From the human T2T-CHM13v2.0 reference genome, Homo sapiens, in assembly GCF_009914755.1 (NCBI RefSeq), contig NC_060927.1: a stretch of 64,000 nt of DNA; one strand, written 5' to 3'. The notes beneath the pieces are model-generated. The model saw only the letters and a list, made by a program, of their open reading frames with translations. It did no database searches and was not told where the DNA came from. Shown piece by piece: positions 1-23,920 of the stretch; position 1 is the stretch's first letter, and every line of letters starts with the position of its first letter. The position numbers were made by a program, and so were the translations under genes.

Positions 1-1629
1 ACACAGTGGTTGCACACAGGGACAGGGTAACAACACACTGGAGCTGTAGAGAGTACCTTATATATGGTAATTGGAGTAGAATTAGGTTTCCTGAGAACCC
101 TGTGCCTTAGCTAATTTGAATAACTTCACAAGCTCTAGGACATAGCTGTCCATGGGGCTGTTTGTAGTTGTCTGGTACTTAGCCCTGGGCAATTAGGGCA
201 GGTATATAGTGACATACAGTGTGAGAACCAGATAAGGGAAGAGGCTGGGGGGACTTAAATCAGATATTCAAGAAGGGGAGCTAACTGTTAGGGGCTCAAA
301 ACTGGGACTAGAAGGCATTTTTTTTTTACATGAAAACTATATTAAAATTGACTTCTTGATCTCCACATTAGTGTTAAGCTTGATTACTTGAATTATTTGG
401 GTGGCCTAAGTTGTAGAGCAGAGTTTTAGTAAGTAGTGCATACATTGCCCTAAATAGCACACACACACAAAAATTTTATTATTTTCTCCTTAAAAAGGAG
501 GAAAACAAGTAGGAGTATAAAGAGTCCTTGTAGGCTGGTTCATAACCAAGTTTCACATTGTATGGCCTTAGCCAAGAAAACAGATCCGGGATTTCCAAGA
601 TCTCTAACAATATCCTGATTGACTTAAAGTATGTTAAAACATGAGCTATATTTTTGTGTGCGTGACGGTAATCTCTTGGTACATTCCAGGGTTCAAGGTG
701 GCAGGTCCAACAATTATATTTTTGGAGAGTATGAAGTTAGTTAAGTAAGGTATATGTAAAGATTAATGACGTTTGTAACCTAGAGGAAGAGGTAGCAGCT
801 GTGGGTCATGGGTGCAGGGCAGGATGTTGTGGTGGCAAACTGGAATGGAAAGTGTCAGAGGAGGTAATGGGCAATGGGAGGTCCTCTCTCCAGGGGGTTA
901 AGTGGTGAACCCATATGAGGCAGTTGCTTCCTGGGGAAAGCAATAATCTCATTAATTATTAGAATGGCTCAAAGAGTAATACACTCTACCAGATTTTCCT
1001 TTAGGCATGGAAGTATAAAGGGGTACACTTTGGCAAAGAACAAGAGTTTAAGCAAATGGTGAACTCAGGAAACGAAACAGAATTTCTTATATCAAAGGAA
1101 GTAAAATGATAAATGTCCTGTGTCCAATTTTTTAGCTCCTTAGGAAAGCCAGCCTATGGATGTTGCTGGGGTGGTGGTCTCAGTGTCCAGGGTGAAGTCG
1201 TTTCTGGGGAAAAGGGCAAATTCATCTTCAAGGTCAAAGTCTTGGGCCGAAGTAATATCATCTATAATGTGAAACTGAAACTGGAACTGTGATGTGGGAC
1301 ATCCTTTTCAAATGATCACAAACTTGAGTTGATGTGGGTCTTATTTTTGTGGCTCTGTGGTACTATAACGAGGCTGAACCACATGTGGAATATGAAGGCA
1401 ATGTTAGGCCTAGGGGCTTGATATGCAAATATCATTTAAGTCAAGGAGCTTTGAGGTGCACAGTTAGCAAAGGTGAGGTCAGTATCCATGATACTGCTGT
1501 TATGTATCAAAGCACTAGAACTGAATGGCATAATTAAAGCCTCAATTAAGTGTGGCTGAATTTAAAATTCCCAACAGCCCAAGGTTTTCAGTTATGAAAT
1601 AGGTTGTGCTGCAAACAGATCTTCAATCA
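1..1629 (-). mobile_element. Degenerate ERV internal region, env side (left part, split by L1)
   Basis: Minus strand ~590-490 reads DLFSWL, then after a frameshift TWL*TSLQGLFILLLVFLLF, resembling an Env TM membrane anchor. It continues at 8609 beyond the L1 TSD. Left boundary uncertain. Confidence 0.5.
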
Positions 1630-8593
<6,964 letters not shown>

Positions 8594-8608
8594 AAAGATT
8601 TTCAATCA

Positions 8609-9780
8609 TATGGTCTGATTTGTGTGCACGTTTTTAATAGAGGACAGGTTGTTTGCTAATTAAAGTATCTGTGCCTGAGATTGGAGCTCCAGACTGTAGT
8701 GACACCCTTCCATTTAGCCAGTTACTGTGGGCCCTTTGCCTCAGTTTTCAGTTTGGTTGGTGATGGGCAAGCCGGTGAGGTTTTGGGGCTACAGGGTTTG
8801 CATTAGCCAAACTCAGTGGCATGTAGGCCTCAGTATTTGTCTTGTTTGGTTGAAACAATAGCTTACTTGAAGGGTTTAGGTCTTTTCATTACCAAAAGCA
8901 CCAAACCAGTATTAACAGACCAACAGTCAACAGAATGGTGTGCAGCTGCCCTTGAAAGTCTTTTGTTGTCTGATTTTAATTTTTTCAGCATGTTTTATCA
9001 TGAAGGAGGGGTTGTCTGGTTTTATAATTATAGGATATGGTTAATTTTATTACTATCTCCAGATGTGATTTTTATTTACTAACTAGAGTTTTCTATCTCC
9101 CTTCTTGGCAATGCACACTGTCAGAATGACCTTGGAAACTAGTATCAGTTCCCTGAAGGGAAAGAGACAAAGAGCCAAGATTAATTACCTCTTATGACCC
9201 AAATATTAAGGAAGGTTTTTTGGGTGATGGAAGTTCAGGCATAAATGGGTCCCCTATCAGATGCGTAGGTACCTGACCCTTGGGGCAATCTATGATTAAT
9301 AGGCCCCAGGAGAGTATATGTCTTCCATCTGGCTTCCAGCCCTTATGGGATGTGGACAGGATCAAAAATCCCTAAAGACAGAGGCGGGGAAGACATTATT
9401 AAAGGGTCTCAGATATAATGAGTCATCATATACTAGGATATGAGACATAGCCCCATTAAATATAGGAAAGGGTGATTGAAAACTTTTTAAAAATTGGTAT
9501 GAGGTATACATTGGCTAAGGAGACTTGAATTAAGGAAGATTAAAGTCTGAGGCAAGACAGACCCATCTAGGGGTTTATTTGCCAGAAAGGACTTTTAAAA
9601 AGTTGTTTAAGGAAACCATTATGTCTGTCAATTAAACAGACTGTCTGGGGAGATAATGGCCATGGATATGACAGCCCAGATAAAGGAAGTGGTTGAGGTT
9701 TGGCCTCATTTGGGTGCTCAAGAAGGGGAACTTTCTGGCATGTAGCCAACCAGGACCTCTAAACTGAATCAAGACAGCAT
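8609..9780 (-). mobile_element. Degenerate ERV internal region, integrase side
   Basis: Minus ORF 9567-9749 contains PQTVCLIDRHNGFLKQ, resembling the integrase core motif PQxSGLIERxNGLLK. Confidence 0.5.
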
Positions 9781-9811
9781 TAAAAACAGCAATAACAACT
9801 ATATTAACAGT

Positions 9812-9949
9812 TCTCAGAATGAACTAGCCCTGCTGATGCCTTGATCTTAGACTTCTAGCCTCCAAAACAGTGAAACAATACATTTATGTTGCTTAAGCCA
9901 TTTAGTTTGGTAGCACTCTTTATTACAGTGGCCCTAGCAAACTAATACA
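9812..9949 (+). mobile_element. MaLR LTR 3' fragment (MLT1B/C-like)
   Basis: ccctgctgatgccttgatcttagacttctagcctcc...gccctagcaaactaataca is a typical MLT1 terminus. Confidence 0.8.
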
Positions 9950-10552
9950 CTTCCAAACTAGCAATGCCATTTTTCATACCCATTAGTTGCAGAGGGCAGG
10001 TTTTACCACACTGTCACCACATCTCCCACCCCAGTTCTCCAAATTTCTGACTGCAGTTATGATTATCCTCATTTTAAGCGGTCAATAGCCCTTGTGATTA
10101 GTGCTAATATGTTAGTCACCACCATTCCATTAATAGAGCATAGTTCATTTGTATGGTCATTATGATGCTCTAAAATTTTCTGATAATATATATTTTTCAA
10201 AAGATAAAGTGTTTAATCCTTTCTCAGACCTTGAGAATATTACCAAAGGTTATTCTAAATTATTTTTCATCATTTAATTTTAAATGATATGCAACTTATA
10301 ACACAGCCATCAAACTATACACAAGTTTCTCATTCTTCTGTATTATTTACTCAAATTTTCCAGTAGAGCTTAAATAAGCTGCTACACCGTAACTTTGATA
10401 ACAACATGGAAAACAAAAGATGAAAATTTTATTATGTGATTTGTCAGTTTCCCTAATGATTATTCTTTTTTTTTCTCTCTTAAATGTTACAAGTCACTAA
10501 AATGCATTTATCAACTGCATAGAAAAATCATTTGACAAAATTCAACACCAAT

Positions 10553-10896
10553 TTTCTTATTCTGCCCAGGCTGCCATAAAATACCACAAACTGTGTAGTT
10601 TATAAACAACAGAAGTTGATTTCTCACAGTTCTACAGGCCAGAAGATCAATATCAAGTTTCCACCAGGGGTGGTTTCTGGTGAGGTTCCTCTTCTTGGCT
10701 TATGAAGAGAGAAGGTGATCTCTAATGCCTCTTCCTTCTCTTATAAGAAAACCAGTCCTACAGAATTAGAGTTTCACCTTTATAACCTCATTTAATCTTA
10801 ATTACTTCCTTAAAAGCTTTATCTCCCAAAATGGTTATGTTTGGGATTCAAGCTTTAACATATGGATTTTAAGAGGACACAATTCAGTCCATAACA
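10553..10896 (-). mobile_element. MLT1A-like solo LTR
   Basis: Ends ...acacaattcagtccataaca; 5-bp TSD CCAAT (10548-10552 / 10897-10901). Confidence 0.87.
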
Positions 10897-11185
10897 CCAA
10901 TTCATAATGAAAACCCACAGAAAAATAGGAATAGAAAGGGAACATCTCCAACTTGATAAAGAGCACCTGTAAAAACCTATAGATGACATTGTACTTAATG
11001 GTGAAAAATTGAATGCTTTTCCCTTAAATAGTGAACAGGGCAAGAATGTCAGGTCTCACAACTCTTATTCAATGAAGTATTGAAGATTCTAGCCAGTGCA
11101 ATAAAGTAAGAAAAGGAAATAAGAGACATACCAGTGAGAACAAAAGAAAGAAAACTGTTCCTACTTGGAGATTACATGATGGAAA

Positions 11186-12028
11186 TGTTACCAGGAAGTG
11201 TGGGGGTGCTCGGTTCTTGTTTTACTTCAGAGAAAGAATTCAGCCAAGAGACAATTTAGCAAAGAGAGCAGAGAATTTACTGAAGGTAAATAAAGTACAC
11301 TCCAAGGAAAAAGTGGGCTGGTCTGGCTGGAAAACAGCAGCAGTAGCAGCAAAGTTTAAGTAGTAACAGAGTTTATTTAAAGAGGCAGTACACCCTCAAA
11401 TATGAGGCAGAGCAGGCTGCTGAAAGAGAATTGAGTCATCAGCCCCCAGACTTCTGCATTGTGGTTTTTATTATGTTGGACTCGCTTAAAGTTCCTCCTC
11501 TGTCTCAAGTCTCCACTTTTGTCTATATCCAGTTTTCCACTTCTGTGTTAAGTCTCCACCTTCCCCCTACCCCTCAATGCTGAGATCCTACCCCAGGTTT
11601 GTGGGATTCCCCCTTACAGTCAGTGGATGCACATGTGCAGGACTGATAATCAATACAAATCCTACCTAATGGTGCATTGCTCATGACTGCCACTCCAGGA
11701 AGGTTGTAGTGTGGTTAAATCTGAACTTACTGCATCTGCATATCTCTCAGGAATTTCCCCTTTGTGCTTTTTTTCTTCTTATTAGCATGGAGCTAGCTAT
11801 ATTCTGACAGTTTAACAGCAGAATGAGCAATTACTGGGTGTCTTAAGGGGCGTTTCTTTCTGCATAGGTATCTCTCTTCCTTTCTACTCACATTTGACTA
11901 ATTGCCCACCCACTCCAGCATTAGAGATGTTATTAGTATGCAGATTTGTGGTAATCCCTGGATGGGTGAGGCTTCCTAGATCTCCCTTTCTCACAGGCTC
12001 CCCCTCCTGCTATCTGCCTACTCTAACA
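11186..12028 (-). mobile_element. ERV1-class solo LTR (MER4 group, MER50-like)
   Basis: TGTTA...TAACA termini; 4-bp TSD GAAA (11182-11185 / 12029-12032). Confidence 0.82.
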
Positions 12029-12273
12029 GAAATGTTTTCTATCTTAACTGTGTCAATGTCAGTATCTTGATTGTGTTATTGTTCTAAAGTTTTGCAAAAT
12101 GTTAACACTGGAGGAAACTGAGTGAAGGGTACATAGAATCACTCTATAGTACTTCTTACAATTACCTGTGACTCTACAATCATCTCAAAATAAAAAGCTT
12201 AATTTGAAAAATTAAAGTTAAAAACAAATTCCATTAGCTGTCACTTGTAAGTGTTCATAAAGATTTTTTTCCA

Positions 12274-12449
12274 ACAACAAAAAAAAATTAACTAGGCATG
12301 GTGGTGTATGCCTGTATTCCCGGCTACTCAGGAGACTAAGGTGGGAAGATCACCTGAGCCCAGAAGTTTAAGGCTGCAGTGAGCTATCATCACACCACTG
12401 TACACTAGCCTGAGCAACAGAGCAAGGGCCTGTCTCTTAAAAAATAATA
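12274..12449 (+). mobile_element. AluJ right arm / FRAM
   Basis: Single right monomer with A-tail, flanked by similar aagatt...tttcca repeats. Confidence 0.85.
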
Positions 12450-13064
12450 AGATTATTTTTCCACCCTAGATATTACAAATAACTAAGGTGTATTTTTTAT
12501 TACAGAAAATACATGTAACAGAAACTTTACTATTTTACTCATTTTAAATAGTACGATTCACTGACATTTCATACATTCACAATGCTGTACAACCATCACC
12601 ACTACCAAGTTCTAGAAGATTTTCATCACCCTGAAAAGAAAACTCGTACCCATTAGATAGTCACTCCCCATTCCTCCTAACCCAGGCCTTTGTAGACAGG
12701 AATCTGCTTTCTATCACTATGGATTTTCCTATTCTGGGTATTTCACACAAGTGGAATCATATACCACTTAGCTTTTCTGTCTGGTTTCTTTCACATGGCA
12801 TAATGTTTTAAAGGTTCATCCATGTCGTAGTGAGTATCAGTATTTCATCCCTCTTCATGTTTGAATAAATTCAGTTGTGTGAATATATCACATTTTGTTT
12901 ATACACATATCACCTGATGGATTTGGGGGTTGTTTCTGACTTTGGCTGTTGTAAACAGTGCTGCTATGAACATTAGTGTGCATATTTTCAATTATTTTGA
13001 CTATATAGTGAACTTGCTATACCACGTTGTAATTCCATATTTAATTTATTGAAACTGTGATTCA

Positions 13065-13469
<405 letters not shown>

Positions 13470-13813
13470 TTATTATGGCAACCCTCGTTGGTGTGAAGTT
13501 GTATTTCATTGTGGTTTGTTTTGCATTTCCCTAATGACTAATCACAATGACCATCTTATGCTTGTTGGCCATTTCTATGTCTTCTTTGGAGAAATGTCTA
13601 TTCAAATCTTTTACCTATATTTTAACTGGATTGTTTGGTTTTGAATAGTATGAGTTCTTCATATATTCTGGACACTAGAACATTATTGGATATATAATTT
13701 GCAAATATATTTTCACATTAAATGTGTTGTCTTACACTCTCTTGGTGGGCACATTTTGATGTACAAATGCTTTAATTTTGATAAAGTCTATTTCTTTATG
13801 TTTTCTTTCGATG

Positions 13814-14242
13814 TAATATAGTTTGGATACTTGTCCCTGCTCACATTTCATGTTGAAATGTAATCCCCAGTGTTGGAAGTGGGGCCTGGTGGGAGGTGTT
13901 TGGATCATAGGAGCAGATCCCTTATGAATGCCTTGGGCCATCTGCTTGATGATAAGTGATCTCTCACTCTGAGTTCACATGAGATCTGGTCATTTAAAAG
14001 TGTGGGCCCCTCCCCCTCCACTCTCTCTTGCTTGCTTCTGCTTTTGCCATGTGAAGTGTGTCTGCTCCTGCTTCACCTTCTGCCATAATAAAATCTCCCT
14101 GGGGCCTCCCCAGAAGCTGAGCAGATGCCAGCACCACACCACCTTTACAGCCTGCAGAGCCATGAATCAATTAAACCTTTTTTATTTATAAATTACCCAG
14201 TCTCAGGTATTTCTGCATAGCAAAGCAAGAATGGCCTAATAC
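13814..14242 (+). mobile_element. MSTA-like MaLR solo LTR
   Basis: taatatagtttgg...ccccagaagctgagcagatgcc...ggcctaatac. Confidence 0.9.
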
Positions 14243-14702
14243 TTTGATGCACAAATGGTTTAATTTTGATAAGCCCATTTCTTTATGTTTTCTTTGGATG
14301 CTTGTGCTTTGGGTGTCATTTAAAAATCACTGCTAAATCCAGAAAAGAGTAGATGTTTCCTTCTAAGAGTTTTATAGTTTTAGTTCTCATACTTAAGTCT
14401 TTAGTCCATTTTACATTAATTTTTGTATATGGTGTGAGGTAAGAATCTAACTTCCTTCCTTCACATATGGTGATCCATTTGTACCAGCACCACTTGTTGA
14501 AGAGACTGTTCTTCCCCGATTGAATGGTCTTAGCATATTTTTAGGAAATGAATGGGCCATACGTGTATAGGCTTATTGCTGAACTCTCGATTTTATCCCA
14601 TTTGTCCATGTGCCTATTATTTTGCCAGTATCAAACTGTTTTGATTACTATAGCTTTGTAGGAAATTTTGAAATCAGGAATGTGAGTCTTCCAACTGTGT
14701 TC

Positions 14703-18275
<3,573 letters not shown>

Positions 18276-21200
18276 TTCGGGGTTTTTTTTGAGGTAAAAT
18301 ATACATATTAATTTTATCATCTTTACCATGTTTTTAATGTTTAATTTTTGTGAGCACATATGAGGTGTATATGTTTATGGGGTATAAGGGATATTTTGAT
18401 ATAGGCATGCAATGTGTAACCATCACATCGGGGTAAGTGGGGTATCCATCATCTCAAGAATTATTCTGTGTGTTACAAACAATCTAATTATACTCTTGTA
18501 GTTACCTTTAAATGCACAACGGGTGACAACGGTCACCCTGTTATGCTATCAATTACTACATCTTATTCATTCTTTTTAACTTTGTACCCATTAACTATCC
18601 CCACTTCCCTTCCACCTCCCCCCACACTACCCTTGCCAGCCTGTGGTAACCATTATTCTACTCTCTATCATCTTGAGTTCAGTTATTTTAATTTTTAGCT
18701 CCAACAAATAAGTGAGAACATGAAAAGTTTGTCTTTTTGTGCCTGTCTTATTTCACTTAACATAATGACCTCCAGTTCCATTCATGTTGTTGCAAATGAC
18801 AGGATATCATTTTTGGTGGCTGAATAGTATTCCATTGTTTATACATTCCACATTTTCTTTATTCATTATCTGTTGACAGATGTTTGGTTGCTTTCCAAAT
18901 CTTGACTATTGTGAACAGTGCTTCAATAAACATGGGAGTGCAGATATCTCCTTGATATACTGACTTCCCTTTTTTAGGGTATATACCTAGCAGTGGGATG
19001 GCTGATCATATGGTAGCTCTATTTTTAGTTTTTTGAAGATCCTCCGAACCATTCTCCATATATACAAATTGACGTTCCCACCAACAGTGTATGAAGATTC
19101 TATTTGATCCACATCCTTGCCAGCATTTGCCTTTTTTTTTGGATAAAAGCCATTTTGACTGGGGTGAGATGATACCTCATTGTAGTTTTTATTTGCATTT
19201 GTCTGATGATCAATGCTGTTGAGCACATTTTCATATACCTATTTGCCATATGTATGCCTTCTTTTGAAAAATGTCTATTCAGATCTTTTGCCTATTTTTG
19301 AATTGAAATATTAGATTTTTCCTTTAGAATTGTTTGAGCTCCTTATGTATTCCAGTTATTAATCCTTTGTTAGATGAATAGTTTGTTAATATTTTCTCCC
19401 ATTCTGTTAGGTGTCTTTTCACATTTTTCACTGTTTCTTTTGCTGTGCAGAAGCTTTTTAACTAGATATGATACCATTTGTCCATTTTTGCTTTGGTTGC
19501 CTGTGCTTATGAGGTATTACTCAAGAAATCATTGCCCAATCCAATGTCCTGGAGAGTTTCTCCAGTGTTTTAGTAGTTTTATATTTTAAGGTCTTAAAGT
19601 ATTTAATCCATTTTGATTTGATTTTTGTATGTGGTGAGAGATAGGGATCTAGTTTCATTCTTCTATATATGGATATCCAGGTTTCCAGCACCATTTAGTG
19701 AAGAGGCTGTCTTTTCTTCGGTGTATGTTTTTGGCACCTTTGTGGAAAATGAGTTCACTCTATATGTTTAGATTTCTTTCCGCATTCTCTGTTCTGTTCC
19801 ATTGGTCTATGTGTCTGCTTTTATGCCAGTACCATGCTGTTTTGGTTACTATAGCTCTGTAGTAAATTTTGAAGTCAGATTGTGTGATGCCTCCAGCTTT
19901 GTTCCTTTTGTTCAGTATTGCTTTGGCTATTCAGGGTCTTTTGAGGTTTTATATAAATTTTAGGATATTTTTCTATTTATGTGAAGAGTGTCATTGGATT
20001 TTGATAGGGATCATATTGAATCTTTTAATTGCTTTTGGTGGTATGGACATTTTGATTCTTCCAATCCATGAACATAAAATCTTTTTGTATTTCTGTGTGT
20101 GTCCTCTCAATTTCTTTTATCAGAGTTTTCTAGTTTTCCTTATATAGAATTTTCACTTCTTTGATTACATTGATAGCAGCATATTTTAGATTTTTTGTAG
20201 CTCTTATAAATGGAATTGCTCTCTTCATTTCTTTTTCAGATTGTTCACTGTTGTTCACTGTTGGCAAATGCTACTGATTTTTCTGTGTTGATTTTGTATC
20301 CTGCAACTTTACTCGATTTATTTATCAGTTCCAACAGTTTCTTGGTAGAGTCTTTAGTTTTTTCTAGTTATAAGATCATGTTGTCTGCAAACAAAGCTAA
20401 TTTGACTACTTCCTTTCCTATCTCTATGTTATTTCTTTTTCTTTCCTAATTGCTTTCTACAGGACTTCCAGTGTTACAGCAAATAAAAATGTTGAAAATG
20501 GGCATCCTTGTCTTGGTCCACTCGAGAGAAAAAGCCTTCATTTTTTTCCCCATTCGGTACAATGTTAGCTGTGGTTTTGTCATATATAGCTTTTATTACT
20601 TTGAGGTATGTTTCTTCTGTACCTATTTTGATGGGGGTATTTATCATAAAGGGATGTTGAATTTTATCAAGTGCCTTCTCAACATCTATTGAAATAGTCA
20701 TTTTTTTTTCCTTGGTTCTGTTAAGGCGATGTATCACATTTATTGATTTGTGTACGTTGAACCATCCCTGCTTCCCTAGGATGAATCTTACTTGATCACG
20801 GTGACTGATCTTTTTAATGTGGTGCTGAATCCAGTAATATTTTGTTGAGGATTTTTGCATCTATGCTCATCAGTGATGTTAGCCAATAGTTTTCTTTTTT
20901 GTGTTACATCTTTATGTGGTTTGGTATCAGGGTAATGCTGGCCTCATAAAATGGGTTAGGAAGGATTTCCTCGCCTTCAAGTTTTTGGAATAGTTTGATT
21001 AGAATTGGAGTTCATTCTTCTTCATAAGTTTGATAGAATTCAGCATCGAAGCCATCAAGGCCTGGGCTTTCCTTTGATAAAAGGGTTTTTGTTACAGTTT
21101 TGATCTCATTACTCATTATTGGCTTGTTTAAGTTTTCTATTTGTTCTCTCTTATTTAGCCTAGCTAAAGACTTGCTAATTTTATCTTTCAAAACACCAAC

Positions 21201-22170
21201 TTTTCATTTCATTAATCTTTTGTATTTTTTTAGTCACTATTTTATTTAGTTATGCTCTCATCTTTATTCTTCTCTTCTACAAATTTTGGATTTGGTTTGT
21301 TCTTGCTTTTTTTTTGTTCCTTGAGGTTCATTGTTAGGTTGTTCATTTGAAGTCTTTTTACTTTGTTAATGTAGTCTTTATTGCTATAAACTTCTCTCTT
21401 AGCACAGCTTTTGATGTTTCTCAGAAGTTTTGGTAGGTCAGGTTTTCATTTTCATTTGTTTAAAGAAATTTTTTATTTCCTTCTTAATGCCTTCATTGAT
21501 GGAATGGCCACGCAGGAATGTGTTGTTTCATTTTCATGTATTCGAAACTTTGCAAATTTCCTCATTATTGATTTCTAGTTTTATACCACTGTGGTTTCAG
21601 AAGTTAGTTAATATGATTTTGATTTTTAAAATTTGTTCAGACTTGTTTTGTGACCTAACACATGATCTATTCTGGAGAAGATTCCATGTGCTGATAAGAA
21701 AAATGTGTATTCTGAAGTTGTTGGATAAAATGTTCTGTAAATGTCTTTTAAGTCCATTTGGTCTGTGATATAGTTTAGATCCAATGTTTATTTGTTGATT
21801 TTTTGTGTAAATAATCTGTCTAAGTCTGAGAGTGGGGTTTGAAGTCCCAAATCTTTTTGTATTGTAGTTTATCTCTCTCTTTAGGTCTAATAATATTTGC
21901 CTTATATATCTGGGTGCTCTAGTTTTGGGTGCATATATATTTAGAATTGTTATATGCTCTTGCTGAATTGACTCCTTTATCTATAATTGTATAATGACAT
22001 CTTTGTCTCTTTTTATTATTTTTGGCTTGAAGTCTGCTTTATCTGATATAAGAATAGTTATTCCCACTCACTTTTGGTTTCCATTTGCCTGGAAATGTTC
22101 TATTCATTCATTCTGTATCTTTTCAGGTGAAGTGATTTTTTTATAAGCAGCATAGATTTGTTTTTTTTAA

Positions 22171-22558
<388 letters not shown>

Positions 22559-23535
22559 CCTGTCATTTTCTTAATTGTTTTCTGGTTCTTTTATATATCC
22601 TTTGTTCCTATCTTTCTCTTGTGTTGTTTATTATTGTGGTTTGGTGGTCTTCTATAGTGGTAACATTGGAGCTCTCTTTCTTATTTATGTGTGTGCTCTA
22701 CCAGTGAGTTTTCTACTTTCACATGTTTTCATGTTGGTAAAAATCATTATTTTGCTTCCAGGTGTAAAACTGCCTTAAACATTTATTGTAGAGCTGATCT
22801 AGTGGTAATAAATTTTCTCAGTTTTTTGTGTGTCTGGGAAAAACTTTATTTTTTCTTCATTTCTAAAGGATAACTGCTGGGTATAATGTTCTTAATTGGC
22901 AGGGTTTTTTTCTTTAAGCCCTTTGAATATATCAGTCCAGTCTCACCTGGCCTGTAAGGTTCTACTGAGAAATTCACTGTTGGTCTAATGGGGATTACAT
23001 TATATGTGACTTGACACTTTTTTCTTGCTGTTTTTACAATTCTCTTTCTCTTTGACTTTTGATAGTTTGAGTATAAGGTGCCTTGGAGGAAAACTTTTTG
23101 GGTTGTATTTATTTGGGAATCTAAGAGCCTACTGTATCTGGATGTCTAAATCTTGCAAGACTTGGGAAGTTTTCTCCTATTATTTTGTTAAGTGGGTTTT
23201 CTATAACTTTGCCTTTCTCTTCTTCTGGAACACCCACAATTCAAATTGTTTTTATGGTGTCCCATATACCACAAAGGCTTCCTTCATTTTTTTTTCTTTT
23301 CTTCTTTTTTGTCTGACTGAGTTATTCCAAAAGACCTGTTTTCAAGTTCTGAAATTGTTTCTTCTGCTTGGTATAATCTATTGTTGAAGCTCTTGATTGT
23401 ATATTTCATTCATTGAATTCTTCAGTTCCAAGATTTCTGTTTTTATATCTATCAGTTTGCTGAACTTCTCATTCATATCCTGAATTGTTTTTCTGATTTC
23501 TTTGGGTTGCTTATTTGTGCTTTCTTGTATCTCAC

Positions 23536-23920
23536 GGTGTTAGGTTGTTCATGCGTTGCTGTAAAGAAATACCTGAGGCTGGATAATTTATAAAAAAGAA
23601 ACTTAATTGGCTCCTGGTTCTGCAGGCTGTACAGAAAGCATGGTGCTGACATCTGCTCAGCTTCTGGGGAAGTCTCAGGGAGCTTTTACTCATGGTGGAA
23701 GGTGAAAGGAGAGCAGTTACGAAGTGCCACACACTTTGTAACAACCAGATCTCACAAGAACTCACTCATTGTCACAAGGACAGCACCAAGGCGATGATGC
23801 TAAATCATCCACGAGAAATCTGTCCCTGTGATTTAATCACCACCCATGTGGCCCGATCTCCAACACTGGGGATTTCAATTAAACATGAGATTTAGAGGGG
23901 GTACATATCCAATTGTATCA
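23536..23920 (-). mobile_element. MSTA-like MaLR solo LTR
   Basis: MST-type sequence; 5-bp TSD CTCAC (23531-23535 / 23921-23925). Confidence 0.88.

Larger units (their letters stand above)
10505..12210 (+). mobile_element. Old L1 (L1MD/MC-like) ORF2 fragment joined to a 3'UTR end, interrupted by two LTRs
   Basis: agaaaaatcatttgacaaaattcaacac and RT-region sequence to ~11175, then an L1MD-type 3' end (12033-12210). Confidence 0.7.
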
